64,000 nt of DNA from an uncultured Gemmatimonadales bacterium (GTDB lineage Bacteria; Gemmatimonadota; Gemmatimonadetes; Gemmatimonadales; GWC2-71-9). This document shows, piece by piece, positions 54,341 through 64,000 of this stretch (its first letter is position 1; each line of letters begins with the position of its first letter). The stretch covers positions 44,548 through 108,547 of the forward strand of contig CAWFOY010000001.1 in the NCBI GenBank assembly GCA_963817575.1, given 5' to 3'. The position numbers were made by a program, and so were the translations under genes. Below the pieces are notes generated by a model. It saw only the letters and a program-made list of their open reading frames with translations, did no database searches and was not told the origin of the DNA.

Positions 54341-56498
54341 TGCAATCAGCGGCTCCTTGGCGCTCCTCGCCTCGCTGGCGGCCGCCAGTTCGGCGATTGC
54401 CCAGGGCGCCTGCGAAACGCCGGCCGGCGTTCCGGGCGTGAGCCGCGACCTCTATTGTATCGAGCTCGTGCCGGCCGCCGGCGCGGGCGCCGCCCGCGGC
54501 ACGGCCCAGCTCGATTGGATTCCATCGCCATTCACGGTCGGCGTCGCTCCGGATGGCACCCACCGGTGGGACCTGACCTTCACATTGGAAGACCTGCCGC
54601 TGTTGCCGACCGGGCGACGGGCGGGTTTTGTGGCCTGGGCCACATCGCCATCGATGACCCCGATGGTCCGGCTCGGGACCGTCCGACCCGGCACCACCCG
54701 GGTCGGGCCGGTGGCCTTCGATCGCTTTCTGATCCTGATCTCGGCGGAGTCCGATACCACCACCACTGAACGCCGCGGGCCGCTGGTGCTGCGAGGCGAG
54801 TCCGCAGGCCTCCGGATGCGGCCCGCCGACACCTACCAGTTCTTCCTCGGCGCCCTGGGAGCACCTCCCACTCGATCCGACTCGAGTGGACACGCCGGGC
54901 ATCACGCCGCGGGACGTGACTCGGCCGGCTGGACCGATGTCCCGATGTATCCCGGCCTGGACATGCTCCCGTCGGAGATGGCGCTCCGGCCGCCGGTCCG
55001 GCCCTGGCGGCCGGAGGACGACCCAGCCGCGCCGGGTGCGCGGACGCGCGAGGTGGTGCGGGTGGCTGACGGGGACTCGCTCGAGCTCACCGCGGGTGTC
55101 GTGAACCGCACGATCGCGGGGCGCCGCTACACGATGTTCGGCTTCAATGGGCAGTATCCCGGTCCGCTGCTGATGGTTCCCGAGGGCGCTGAGATCACGG
55201 TCCGGTTCACGAACCGCCTCCCCCTCCCTTCCACGGTCCACTGGCACGGCCTCCGGCTCGACTCCCGGTTCGATGGGGTACCCGAGGTGAGCCAGGCGCC
55301 CGTCGAGCCGGGCGGGACGTTCACGTACCGCCTGCGCTTCCCGGACGGCGGCATCTTCTGGTATCACCCGCACGTGCGGGACGACGTGCAGCAGGACCTG
55401 GGGCTTTACGGCAACATCTTCGTACGGCCCAGCGACCCGGACGCCTACGGGCCGGCGCATCGCGAAGAGTTCCTGATCCTCGACGACCTGCTGGTGGGGA
55501 CCGACGGATTGGTGCCGTGGGGACTGGAGGCACCGACGCATGCCGCGATGGGGCGATTCGGCAACGTGATGCTGGTGAACGGCGAGCCGGATTGGCGGCT
55601 CCGCGTCAGGCCCGGCGAGGTCGTGCGCTTTTTCCTGACCAACGCCTCCGGCACGCGGACGTTCAACCTCAGTTTCGGCCCCGGCGTGCGGATGAAGGTC
55701 GTCGGCTCCGACCTGGGCACCTACTCGCGCGAGACGTGGGTCGAGAGCGTAGTCATCGCGCCCGCCGAGCGGTACGTTGTGGAGGCGCGCTTCGGGGCGA
55801 AGGGGAGCACGGCGCTGGTAAACCGCGTGCGGGCGATCGACCACCTCTATGCGCGTTTCCTTTCCGAGGTCGATACCCTCGGCGTGGTCGCCGTGGAGGG
55901 GGCAGATGCCTCGCCCGACCTTGCCGCTGACTTCGCGACCATCCGTGAGGCGGTGCCGGGGCAGGCTGAGATGCTCGCGCTTCTCCGTCAGCATCAGGGC
56001 CGCCCCCCCAACCGGACGCTCGAGCTCCGGGTCGCCTTCTCGGGGCTGCCGTTCGTCAGCGAGCGGCTGATGCGGATCGATTCGGCGTTCTTCAACCCGG
56101 TCGAGTGGGCCGGCACCATGCCGGGGATGAACTGGGCGACGACCGGAACCCAGGCCCGCTGGATGCTCCGCGACCCCGCCTCCGGTGCGGAGAACATGGC
56201 CCTCGATTGGCGATTCAAACGGGGAGAGAAGGTCCGGATCCGCCTGGTCAACGTACGGGAAGTCCTGCATGGGATGCAGCATCCGATACACCTGCACGGG
56301 CAGCGATTCCTGATTCTCGCGGTCAACGGCACCCCGAACCCCAATCCGGTCTGGAAAGACACGGTACTGGTGCCCGCAGGCGGCGCGGTGGATCTTCTGG
56401 TGGACATGTCCAACCCCGGCCGCTGGATGCTCCACTGCCACATCGCGGAGCACCTGCAGGCCGGCATGATGACCGTGATCAACGTGGAGGAGTCCTGA
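54297..56498 (+). CDS. Three-domain multicopper oxidase with ~250-aa N-terminal extension
   Basis: The canonical motif order holds: HWHG (55239), WYHPH (55359), HPIHLHG (56280) and HCHIAEHLQAGMM (56433). The N-terminal extension belongs to no family I recognise and contains the His/Met-rich stretch SGHAGHHAAG..MYPGLDMLPSEM. The TTG start is uncertain, with an alternative at TTG 54357. Confidence 0.85.
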   Translation: MVASATPAEPWLQPRAISGSLALLASLAAASSAIAQGACETPAGVPGVSRDLYCIELVPAAGAGAARGTAQLDWIPSPFTVGVAPDGTHRWDLTFTLEDLPLLPTGRRAGFVAWATSPSMTPMVRLGTVRPGTTRVGPVAFDRFLILISAESDTTTTERRGPLVLRGESAGLRMRPADTYQFFLGALGAPPTRSDSSGHAGHHAAGRDSAGWTDVPMYPGLDMLPSEMALRPPVRPWRPEDDPAAPGARTREVVRVADGDSLELTAGVVNRTIAGRRYTMFGFNGQYPGPLLMVPEGAEITVRFTNRLPLPSTVHWHGLRLDSRFDGVPEVSQAPVEPGGTFTYRLRFPDGGIFWYHPHVRDDVQQDLGLYGNIFVRPSDPDAYGPAHREEFLILDDLLVGTDGLVPWGLEAPTHAAMGRFGNVMLVNGEPDWRLRVRPGEVVRFFLTNASGTRTFNLSFGPGVRMKVVGSDLGTYSRETWVESVVIAPAERYVVEARFGAKGSTALVNRVRAIDHLYARFLSEVDTLGVVAVEGADASPDLAADFATIREAVPGQAEMLALLRQHQGRPPNRTLELRVAFSGLPFVSERLMRIDSAFFNPVEWAGTMPGMNWATTGTQARWMLRDPASGAENMALDWRFKRGEKVRIRLVNVREVLHGMQHPIHLHGQRFLILAVNGTPNPNPVWKDTVLVPAGGAVDLLVDMSNPGRWMLHCHIAEHLQAGMMTVINVEES

Positions 56499-57952
56499 TG
56501 TCCTGCATGTCGCACGTTCTCCGAATCGGCACGGGCGCGACGCTGATCACGCTCCTGGCCACAGGGACTGCCCCGGCGCAGGCCCCTGCCCCGGCCACGC
56601 TGGCGCCGGCGGTGACCCGCTACGTCAGTGTCAACGCGCCGGTCGTCGCGATCACGAATGTTCTGGTCATCGACGGCACCGGCGGGGCGGCCAAGCCGGG
56701 ACATACGGTGGTCATCCGCGACGGCCGCATCGAGGCCGTCGGGCCGACGGCGAAGGTCACGCCTCCGGCGGGCGCCACGATTATCGACGGGGCCGGGCAT
56801 ACGCTGATTCCCGGGATAATTGGGCTGCACGATCACCTGTACTACTCCGCGTCCGGCGGGCGCTCGCTGCAGATGAGCTTCACCGGGCCGCGGCTCTACC
56901 TGGCCGGCGGCGTCACGACCGTCCGCACCACCGGGAGCCAGTCGCCCTACGCGGACATCAATCTCAAGCGGAATATCGACGCGGGGAACGTTCCCGGGCC
57001 CCGCATCTTCGTGACGACGCCGTATCTCACCGGACCGGGCGGCGGCGGCGCGATGTCCGTGGCCACCACGCCCGAGGAGGCCCGCCGGTTCGTGGCCTAC
57101 TGGGCGGAGGAGGGGGCGGCGTGGATCAAGTTCTACGCGAGTATTTCCCGCGAGGCGATGAAGGCGGCGATCGACGAGGGTCACAAGCGCGGCATGCGGG
57201 CGACGGGGCATCTCTGCTCGGTCACCTTCCGCGAAGCGGTGGACCTCGGCATCGACGACCTGGCCCACGGGGCGCTGACGGCGACCGATTTCCATCCGCG
57301 GAAGGAGCCGGACAAGTGCCCGCAGGACGCCTACGCAGCGGTGGACACGGCGGTCTCGGCGCAGGGACCGATCGCCACCTCGCTGATCGAGCACATGGTC
57401 AAGCACAAGGTGTCGATGACGACCACCATGGCCGTGTTCGAGCTGTTCTATCCCGGCCGGCCGGTGACTGACGAGCGCGTGCTGGACCTCATGGCGCCGG
57501 AAGTGCGCACGGCCTATGTGGCGGAACGGGCCTATATCGACACCATGAAGAACTCCCCCCTGCAGGAAGCCGGGTTCAAGCGGGCGCTTGCGTTCGACAA
57601 GGCCTTCTACGACGCGGGCGGCGTGCTCGCCAGCGGCGTGGATCCCACCGGCAACGGCGGGGCGCTGCCCGGCTTCGGCGACCAGCGGGGATACGAGCTG
57701 CTCCGCGAGGGCGGTTTCGGCACCGAGCAGGCGGTACAGGTCGTGACGCTCAACGGTGCCCGGGTGCTGGGAGTCGCCGACCAGTGGGGTTCGATCGAGA
57801 AGGGCAAGAAGGCCGACCTCGTGCTCCTCAAGGGCGACCTCACCGCCGAGACGACGGTGATCCGGAATCCGATCACCGTTTTCAAGGACGGTGTCGGCTA
57901 CGACTCGGGAAAGCTCATCGCCGCCGTGCGCGGACGGGTCGGGATCAACTGA
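56498..57952 (+). CDS. Secreted amidohydrolase family protein
   Basis: The ATG overlaps the oxidase stop (TGATG). A signal peptide is present. The metal-binding motif LIPGIIGLHDHLYY and a C-terminal GSIEKGKKADLVLL motif are present. Confidence 0.82.
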   Translation: MSCMSHVLRIGTGATLITLLATGTAPAQAPAPATLAPAVTRYVSVNAPVVAITNVLVIDGTGGAAKPGHTVVIRDGRIEAVGPTAKVTPPAGATIIDGAGHTLIPGIIGLHDHLYYSASGGRSLQMSFTGPRLYLAGGVTTVRTTGSQSPYADINLKRNIDAGNVPGPRIFVTTPYLTGPGGGGAMSVATTPEEARRFVAYWAEEGAAWIKFYASISREAMKAAIDEGHKRGMRATGHLCSVTFREAVDLGIDDLAHGALTATDFHPRKEPDKCPQDAYAAVDTAVSAQGPIATSLIEHMVKHKVSMTTTMAVFELFYPGRPVTDERVLDLMAPEVRTAYVAERAYIDTMKNSPLQEAGFKRALAFDKAFYDAGGVLASGVDPTGNGGALPGFGDQRGYELLREGGFGTEQAVQVVTLNGARVLGVADQWGSIEKGKKADLVLLKGDLTAETTVIRNPITVFKDGVGYDSGKLIAAVRGRVGIN

Positions 57953-57967
57953 TCGTGACGCGGACTT

Positions 57968-57990
57968 GCTCGCGGCTCAACGCCGCGGCT
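57968..57990. repeat. Second copy of the GCTCGCGGCTCAAnGCCGCGGCT hairpin element
   Basis: It is 22/23 identical to 54215-54237. Both copies lie just downstream of a stop codon. Confidence 0.7.
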
Positions 57991-58025
57991 GGGGCCGAGG
58001 CGTGCCTTGGGCCACTGGCAAAGCC

Positions 58026-59612
58026 ATGACGATGGATCGCCGGGAGTTCATCGTATCGGGCGCCGCGGGCCTTGCGGCCGTGGGTCTGTCGCGGCCGGGC
58101 GATCACCGCCCGCCGGATTTCGATCCCACCGTGCGCGAGCTCTGCCAACGCGCGCTGGACGCGGCGCGTTCGGCAGGCGCGAACTACGCCGACATCCGCG
58201 TGATCCGCCGGCGGAGCCAGTCGGTGAGCACGCGGGAGCATCAGTTCGTGAGGGCGACCGACAGCGAGTCCCTCGGCTTCGGCGTGCGGGTACTGACACA
58301 GGGTGCCTGGGGATTCGCCGCCAGCCGCGAGCTCACGCGGGATGAGGTTACACGGGCGGCCCAGGCGGCGGTCGCCCAGGCCCGGGCGAACCGCCGCGCC
58401 ATGACGCGGCCCGTCGTGCTCGCGCCGACGCCGCCGGTCAAGGACGGACGCTGGAGTAGCCCGATCGAGATCGACCCCTTCACCGTTTCCATTGAGGACA
58501 AGGCGGCGCTGCTGCTCCAGGCCAACGGCGAGGCATTGAAGGTCGCCGGGGCTCGCTACGTCTCGTCGTCCATGGCGTTCGTGCTCGAGGACAAGACCTT
58601 CGCCTCTACGGACGACATCTTCACGGTGCAACAGGTCTATCGCTGCCTGCCGGAGGTCTGGGTCACCGCGGTCGATCCGGCGACGGGAGATTTCCAGACC
58701 CGCTACTCCGCCGAGGTCGCGCCGATGGGGTTGGGGTACGAGTGGGTCCGGAAGGCCGACCTGCCCGGGCGGGCTCCGCGCTGGGCGGAAGACGCCGTTC
58801 GGAAGCTGACCGCGAAGCCGGTGGAGCCTGGACGATACGATCTCGTGCTGGAACCGCACCACCTCTTCCTCACAATCCACGAGTCGATCGCCCACCCGAC
58901 CGAACTGGACCGCGCGCTCGGTTACGAGGCCAATTACGCAGGGACCAGCTTCTGCGCCCCGCCCGAGAAGATGCTGAATCGGCTCCGGTATGGGCCCGAG
59001 TTCATGCAGATCGAGTGCGATCGCTCGCAGCCCGGCTCGCTGTCGGCCTGCGGGTGGGATGACGACGGGGTAGCGCCGGAGACGTATCCCCTCATTCAGA
59101 ACGGGGTCCTGGTCGATTACCAGACCACCCGCGACCAGGTCGAGTGGATCCGGCCGCTCACCGGGCGCACCCGCTCGCACGGCTGCTCCTATGGCGCGTC
59201 CTGGTCGGAAGTGCAATTCCAGCGCATGCCCAACATCTCGCTGCTCCCCGGCGAGCAGGATCTCACCGCCGAGGATCTGATCGCCGCCACCGATCGCGGG
59301 ATCTACATCGCCGGTCACGGCTCGTATTCGATCGATCAGCAGCGCTACAACTTCCAGTTCGGCGGCCAGGCGTTCTACGAAATCCGCGGCGGGAAGATCG
59401 CCGGCATGCTGAAGGACGTGGCCTACCAGGCGCGCACCATCGATTTCTGGAACTCGATGGACATGATCGGCGGGAAGCGATCCTACGAGATGAACGGGAC
59501 GTTCTACGACGGGAAGGGCCAGCCGGGCCAGAGCAACGCGGTGAGCCACGGCTGCGTGCCCGCCCGTTTCCGGGGCGTGAACGTGCTGAACACCGGGGCG
59601 GACCGTGGCTGA
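58026..59612 (+). CDS. TldD/PmbA family metallopeptidase with twin-arginine signal
   Basis: The sequence MTMDRREFIVSGAAGLAAVGL is a Tat motif. The HExxxH-type motif IHESIAHPTE and the TldD-like C-terminus (GGQAFYEIRGGK..) are present. Confidence 0.85.
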   Translation: MTMDRREFIVSGAAGLAAVGLSRPGDHRPPDFDPTVRELCQRALDAARSAGANYADIRVIRRRSQSVSTREHQFVRATDSESLGFGVRVLTQGAWGFAASRELTRDEVTRAAQAAVAQARANRRAMTRPVVLAPTPPVKDGRWSSPIEIDPFTVSIEDKAALLLQANGEALKVAGARYVSSSMAFVLEDKTFASTDDIFTVQQVYRCLPEVWVTAVDPATGDFQTRYSAEVAPMGLGYEWVRKADLPGRAPRWAEDAVRKLTAKPVEPGRYDLVLEPHHLFLTIHESIAHPTELDRALGYEANYAGTSFCAPPEKMLNRLRYGPEFMQIECDRSQPGSLSACGWDDDGVAPETYPLIQNGVLVDYQTTRDQVEWIRPLTGRTRSHGCSYGASWSEVQFQRMPNISLLPGEQDLTAEDLIAATDRGIYIAGHGSYSIDQQRYNFQFGGQAFYEIRGGKIAGMLKDVAYQARTIDFWNSMDMIGGKRSYEMNGTFYDGKGQPGQSNAVSHGCVPARFRGVNVLNTGADRG

Positions 59613-60957
59613 CTGGCTCTCCCGGGAGGAGGCAAAGCGGCTCGCCGACCGGGTGCTCGGCTTCTCCCGCGCCGAGGGATGCCAGGTCAACCTGGCCTCG
59701 GGTCTCAATGGAAACACCCGATCGGCCGTGGACGGCGTCTCGACCTCAGGTGAAGTGCGGGACACGAGCGTGACGATCACCGCCCGCTTCGGGAAGCGGG
59801 CCGCATCCGTGTCCACCAATCTCCTCGACGATGCGGCGCTCCGCCGCGCGGTCGAAATCAGCGAGCAGCTGGCACGGCTCGCGCCGGAGAACCCGGAGCA
59901 GATGCCGCTGCTCGGCCTGCGGCGCTACGCCGGGGTGCCTGCCCTGTCCCGGGCAACGGTCGAGCTGGATGCCGGGGCGCGCGCGGAGGCCGCGGGCATT
60001 ACCCACGCCGCCTGTACGCGCGCCGGGCTTCGCGGCGCCGGTTTCATCCACCGCAGCGCCGGCGCGACCGCTGTGGCCAACTCCGCGGGACTCTTCGCGT
60101 ACCACGAGTCGAGCGAGGTCTCCCACACGCTGAGCGCGCGGACCCCTGCGGGCGACGGTGCCGGATGGGCCGGGACGTGGCACAACGACTGGGCCCGGAG
60201 TCGCCCGCCTGCTGTCGTGGCGGAACGCGCGATCGCGCGCGCGCTCGAGAGCCGGGGCGCAGCCCCGCTCGAGCCGGGCCGGTACACAGTAGTCCTCGAG
60301 CCTACCGCGGTGGCCAATCTGCTCGGGCTGCTGGCGGGGTCGCTCGATGCGCGCGCCGCGGATGAAGGCCGGAGCTTCTTCAGCCGGCGGGGCGGCGGCA
60401 ACCGGATCGGAGAGAAGGTCGTGGACGACCGGGTCACGATCCTGTCGGATCCCGGGGATCCCGACCTGTTGCAGGTTCCGTTCACCCCGGAGGGGGAACC
60501 GATCGGACGGACCGTGTGGCTCGAGAACGGCGTCGTGCGGAACCTCGTCTACAACCGGTTCTGGGCCGACAAACAGGGTGTGGCAGCCCGGCCGCAGGGC
60601 GGCGGTGTCCGGATGGCCGGCACCGAGGCGACGGTCGATGAGCTCATCGCCCAGCTGGATCGCGGGCTGCTGGTCACCCGGTTCTGGTACATCCGGAGCG
60701 TGGATCCGCGCACCATCACCCATACCGGGCTCACCCGCGACGGCGTGCTGCTGATCGAGAACGGCAAGGTGACTCGTGCCGTGCAGAATTTCCGGTTCAA
60801 TGAGAGCCCGGTCACCATGCTCCGCAACCTGGTGGCGCTCGGGAAGCCGGAGCGCGTGTCGAGCTCCGAGGACGGCGGCCTGGGCGGCACGGCGATGGTG
60901 GTCCCTCCGATCGTGACGCGGGAGTTCAACTTCACGTCGGTCAGCGAGGCGGTATGA
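59605..60957 (+). CDS. TldD/PmbA family protein (PmbA-like partner), no signal peptide
   Basis: 450-aa ORF that overlaps the upstream TldD-like gene by 8 nt. The C-terminus LVTRFWYIRSVDPRTITHTGLTRDGVLLIENGK is PmbA/TldD-like. Confidence 0.85.
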   Translation: MADWLSREEAKRLADRVLGFSRAEGCQVNLASGLNGNTRSAVDGVSTSGEVRDTSVTITARFGKRAASVSTNLLDDAALRRAVEISEQLARLAPENPEQMPLLGLRRYAGVPALSRATVELDAGARAEAAGITHAACTRAGLRGAGFIHRSAGATAVANSAGLFAYHESSEVSHTLSARTPAGDGAGWAGTWHNDWARSRPPAVVAERAIARALESRGAAPLEPGRYTVVLEPTAVANLLGLLAGSLDARAADEGRSFFSRRGGGNRIGEKVVDDRVTILSDPGDPDLLQVPFTPEGEPIGRTVWLENGVVRNLVYNRFWADKQGVAARPQGGGVRMAGTEATVDELIAQLDRGLLVTRFWYIRSVDPRTITHTGLTRDGVLLIENGKVTRAVQNFRFNESPVTMLRNLVALGKPERVSSSEDGGLGGTAMVVPPIVTREFNFTSVSEAV

Positions 60958-63587
60958 GCACCACACGCCTCAGTGCCGCCCTATCCGACCGCTACCGGAT
61001 CGAGCGCGAGCTAGGGGCGGGTGGCATGGCCACGGTATACCTCGCGCGCGACCTCAAGCATGACCGCGAGGTGGCGCTCAAGGTGCTGCGGCCCGAGCTG
61101 GCCGCGGTGATCGGCGCCGAGCGATTCCTGAGCGAGATCCGCATCACCGCGCGACTCGACCACCCCCACATCCTCACCCTCATCGACTCCGGCGAGGCCG
61201 ACGGCATGCTGTATTATGTGCTGCCGTTCGTGCGGGGCGAGTCGCTCCGCACGCGGCTCGAGCGGGAGAAGCAGCTGGGGATGGAAGAAGCGCTGGCCAT
61301 CACGCAGCAGATCGCGGGTGCCCTGGAGTATGCGCACAAGCACGGCGTGGTGCACCGGGACATCAAGCCGGAGAACATCCTGATCCACGAGGGCGAGGCG
61401 GTGCTGACCGACTTCGGCATCGCGCTGGCGGTCAAGGAGGCCGGCGGCAACCGGCTGACCGAAACCGGGCTCTCGCTCGGTACGCCGCAGTACATGAGCC
61501 CGGAGCAGGCCACCGGCGACCGCACCCTCGACGCGCGTTCCGACGTCTACTCGCTCGGCGCGGTGTTGTACGAAATGCTGGCGGGGGAGCCGCCCGTGAC
61601 CGGCCCGAACGCGCGGGCGATGATCGCCAAGCTCATGACGGAGCGGCCGACCAGGCTCCGAACCGTGCGGGACACGGTGCCGGAGGGCATCGACAACGCG
61701 GTCGCGAAGGCGCTGGCCAAGGTGCCGGCTGACCGCTTCGCAGGGGCGGCCGCCTTCACGGCGGCGCTTACCGCCGGCAATCAGCCGCCCCAGACAGCGG
61801 CGCGTCGCGCGCCGCCGCTTTATTGGATGGCCGGGACCGGTGTGCTCGTCGTCGTCGCGGGCTTGTTCCTGATACGAGACCGCGGTGCCGCCAGGGCGCC
61901 ATCCCCGTTCGCGGCAGCGGTGCCGGTCCAGCTCACGACGTCGGGAGAGGCCTTTGAGCCGCTGATGTCGCCCGACGGCTCGCTGGTCGCGTACGTCGAG
62001 CGGAGATGTGAGTCGGAGCGGGTCTGTCGCGGCGAGCTGGTCGTGCGCGAAGTGTCCGGCGAGGGCGTCAGCACAATCCATTCCGAGCCTGGCGTCGCCG
62101 CCAGTCCAGTGGCGTGGAGTGCCGATTCGCGGTACATCGTCGTCTCGATCTGGGAACTGGAAAGTAACCGGGGACTCGGCACCTCCGTGCTCCCGCAGCG
62201 CGGGGGCACCCTTCGGCGCCTCGTCCCCGAGAGCTTCGTGACCGGCGGATTTGTCGCCCCGGACACGATCGTCCTGGCGCCGTTCGAGGGTGAGTCCCAT
62301 TGGCTCCGCCGGATCGTGGTATCGACCGGACAGGTGGTGGACAGCGTGCTCCTGCCCGTGGGCACCTATCTGGACCGACTGGAGCCGTCCGGCGATGGGA
62401 GCCGCCTGCTCGCTTCGCACTATAGGGCGAGTGACGACGAGGGGCAGGTCGCGGTGCTGGACCGGACGGGCGCGGTACTCGACACCCTCCGCGGCGACGC
62501 GATCGCGCGATGGACCGGCCGGCCCGGGGAATTGATTCTCAACCGCTGGCTGGGCGCGGGCGGGCGCCAGTTCATCCGGCGGCGGCTCGATGCGCGAGGG
62601 CGGTTCCTCCCGGAATCGGACACGCTGCGTGCAGTGCCGGAAGACGGGAAGATCGGCGGCATCAGTCCCGATGGCACCGCGCTGGTGTACGGCGCCGACC
62701 GGCTCGGCGAGACCGGGATCTGGACCGCCATTCGCCCGGGCCCCAGCGGGCCATTCAGCCGGGGACGGCGCATCGGAACGTCCACCGGGCGGCTCATCGC
62801 TCGGATTTCGCCCGGCGGGCGGTGGCTCATGCTGAGCGAGCAGACGGGCACGCCCGGCGGTCCCCGGACCCGGCTGACTGTGGAGCCGTTCGAGGGCGGC
62901 GCGCGCCAGGTGATCGAGCCCTCGGCGCCACAGCGCAACGACTTCGCCTTTGCCCCGGCGGACGACAGCATCGCCGTGTTCACCGGCCCGACGCCCGGGC
63001 AGGTCGATCTGACCGTCTACCCCCTGCCCTCCGGAAGGCCGGTGCGTCGCGGCACCTACCGCGCCACCGTGAACGACGCCGAGTGGCTGAGCGACGGGCG
63101 ACTGACGATGGTCGGCGACGACCGCCGGCACATTCGAGTGTTCGAACGCGACGGCTCGGTCACCAAGTTCGCCATACCGGATTCGTTCGGGCTCGTGGAT
63201 CAGGCCGGGAGGTCGCCGTCGATTCCGGCTCTCGCGCTGAGCAGCCGGAACAACACCGGGGACCGGGAGGAATCGCTGCTCACCTGGCTGGATCTCCGCT
63301 CCGGCCACGTCACGCTCATCACCCGAACCACTGCCCATCGCATTCAGGGCGGCCTGTGGTGGACGCGCGACGGCTGGGTCCACACGCCGGTGTGGGATCC
63401 GCGGGACCGTACGCCACACGTCCACCGGGCCCCGGTTTCCGGAGGCGCGCTCGAGGAAGAGCCGCCGATCGACTTCGAGACCGACGGACGGGTGACCTCC
63501 CTGGCGCACGACGGGCGCCGGGCGGTGGTCGAGGCCCAGCGCTCCACCAGTGACGTGTGGGTGCTTCGCGCGGCGGGGCCGAAGTGA
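60954..63587 (+). CDS. Ser/Thr protein kinase with TM helix and C-terminal beta-propeller-like domain
   Basis: The ATGA start overlaps the PmbA-like stop. The kinase motifs GAGGMATVYLA, VALKVL, HRDIKPEN and DFGIA are present. A TM segment (WMAGTGVLVVVAGLFLI) is followed by SPDG repeats. Confidence 0.88.
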   Translation: MSTTRLSAALSDRYRIERELGAGGMATVYLARDLKHDREVALKVLRPELAAVIGAERFLSEIRITARLDHPHILTLIDSGEADGMLYYVLPFVRGESLRTRLEREKQLGMEEALAITQQIAGALEYAHKHGVVHRDIKPENILIHEGEAVLTDFGIALAVKEAGGNRLTETGLSLGTPQYMSPEQATGDRTLDARSDVYSLGAVLYEMLAGEPPVTGPNARAMIAKLMTERPTRLRTVRDTVPEGIDNAVAKALAKVPADRFAGAAAFTAALTAGNQPPQTAARRAPPLYWMAGTGVLVVVAGLFLIRDRGAARAPSPFAAAVPVQLTTSGEAFEPLMSPDGSLVAYVERRCESERVCRGELVVREVSGEGVSTIHSEPGVAASPVAWSADSRYIVVSIWELESNRGLGTSVLPQRGGTLRRLVPESFVTGGFVAPDTIVLAPFEGESHWLRRIVVSTGQVVDSVLLPVGTYLDRLEPSGDGSRLLASHYRASDDEGQVAVLDRTGAVLDTLRGDAIARWTGRPGELILNRWLGAGGRQFIRRRLDARGRFLPESDTLRAVPEDGKIGGISPDGTALVYGADRLGETGIWTAIRPGPSGPFSRGRRIGTSTGRLIARISPGGRWLMLSEQTGTPGGPRTRLTVEPFEGGARQVIEPSAPQRNDFAFAPADDSIAVFTGPTPGQVDLTVYPLPSGRPVRRGTYRATVNDAEWLSDGRLTMVGDDRRHIRVFERDGSVTKFAIPDSFGLVDQAGRSPSIPALALSSRNNTGDREESLLTWLDLRSGHVTLITRTTAHRIQGGLWWTRDGWVHTPVWDPRDRTPHVHRAPVSGGALEEEPPIDFETDGRVTSLAHDGRRAVVEAQRSTSDVWVLRAAGPK

Positions 63588-64000
63588 CCGACGCCGTCGA
63601 CCGCCTCAGTGCCGCCCTCGCCGACCGGTACCAGGTCGATCGCGAGATCGGCCGCGGCGGAATGGCCACGGTCTACCTGGCCCAGGACATCAAGCATGAC
63701 CGGCGCGTGGCCCTCAAGGTGCTTCACCCTCATCTCGCCTCCACCCTCGGCCCCGAACGGTTCCTCCGCGAGATCCAGATCGCTGCCCGGCTCCAGCATC
63801 CGCATATCCTGCCGCTGTTCGATTCCGGCGAGGCGGACACGCTGCTGTACTACGTGATGCCGTTCGTGGATGGCGAATCCCTGCGGGACCGACTCAATCA
63901 GGTGCGGCAGATCCCGATCGACGAGGCGGTGAAGATCGCGCGCGACGTGGCGGCCGCGCTCGACTACGCGCATCGCCACGGCGTGGTGCATCGCGACATC
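63584..64000 (+). CDS. Ser/Thr protein kinase, N-terminal part (runs off the window)
   Basis: The GTG start overlaps the upstream kinase stop (GTGA). My translation is VTDAVDRLSAALADRYQVDREIGRGGMATVYLAQDIKHDRRVALKVL..HRHGVVHRDI. This ORF is not in the track because it is open-ended. Confidence 0.8.
   Translation, partial: MTDAVDRLSAALADRYQVDREIGRGGMATVYLAQDIKHDRRVALKVLHPHLASTLGPERFLREIQIAARLQHPHILPLFDSGEADTLLYYVMPFVDGESLRDRLNQVRQIPIDEAVKIARDVAAALDYAHRHGVVHRDI

Noticed and set aside
61011-63509. 832-aa minus-strand ORF opposite the second Ser/Thr kinase
   Set aside because: The reason is the same. The plus-strand frame has full kinase motifs and a TM helix, while the antisense product is RPG-rich with no recognisable motif.

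Overview
This is a high-GC (about 65-72% in coding DNA) bacterial chromosomal segment with dense, often 4-nt-overlapping genes. Gene content and the repeated Ser/Thr-kinase + TolB-like propeller proteins suggest a soil Gemmatimonadota/Acidobacteriota-like organism; I could not verify that. Most of the window is housekeeping: uvrA and a glycosylase, a Kef-type antiporter, holB, moaC, heme A synthase, murein transglycosylases, ilvE, and the ffh-rpsP-rimM-trmD-rplS-rnhB cluster. It also holds thiD, a tightly coupled nucleotide/nucleoside scavenging operon (double 5'-nucleotidase, small ORF, add, nupC, PNP) and a full Pho region (arsR-phoB-phoR, porin, pstSCAB-B, phoU, ppx). Further on are rhomboid-deoC-ALDH and a secreted multicopper-oxidase/amidohydrolase/TldD-PmbA cluster flanked by three kinases. 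Two tRNAs (Asn-GTT, Lys-TTT) are present. I found no rRNA, CRISPR, transposase or integrase. The most unusual signal is a dense family of 8-bp-period G-tract tandem repeats ((GGGCAGAT)n and related octamers) at 14 or more loci. They sit in intergenic DNA, directly upstream of TANNNT-N5-6-ATG start contexts, as inverted arrays around a four-helix-bundle gene, and in frame inside several CDSs, including the linker of an 800-aa double ALDH. Other points worth a second look are a multicopper oxidase with permuted copper-motif order, a frameshifted phoR, a 47.5% GC non-coding island upstream of holB, and shared hairpin repeats. Many long alternative-frame ORFs in the track are GC artefacts.
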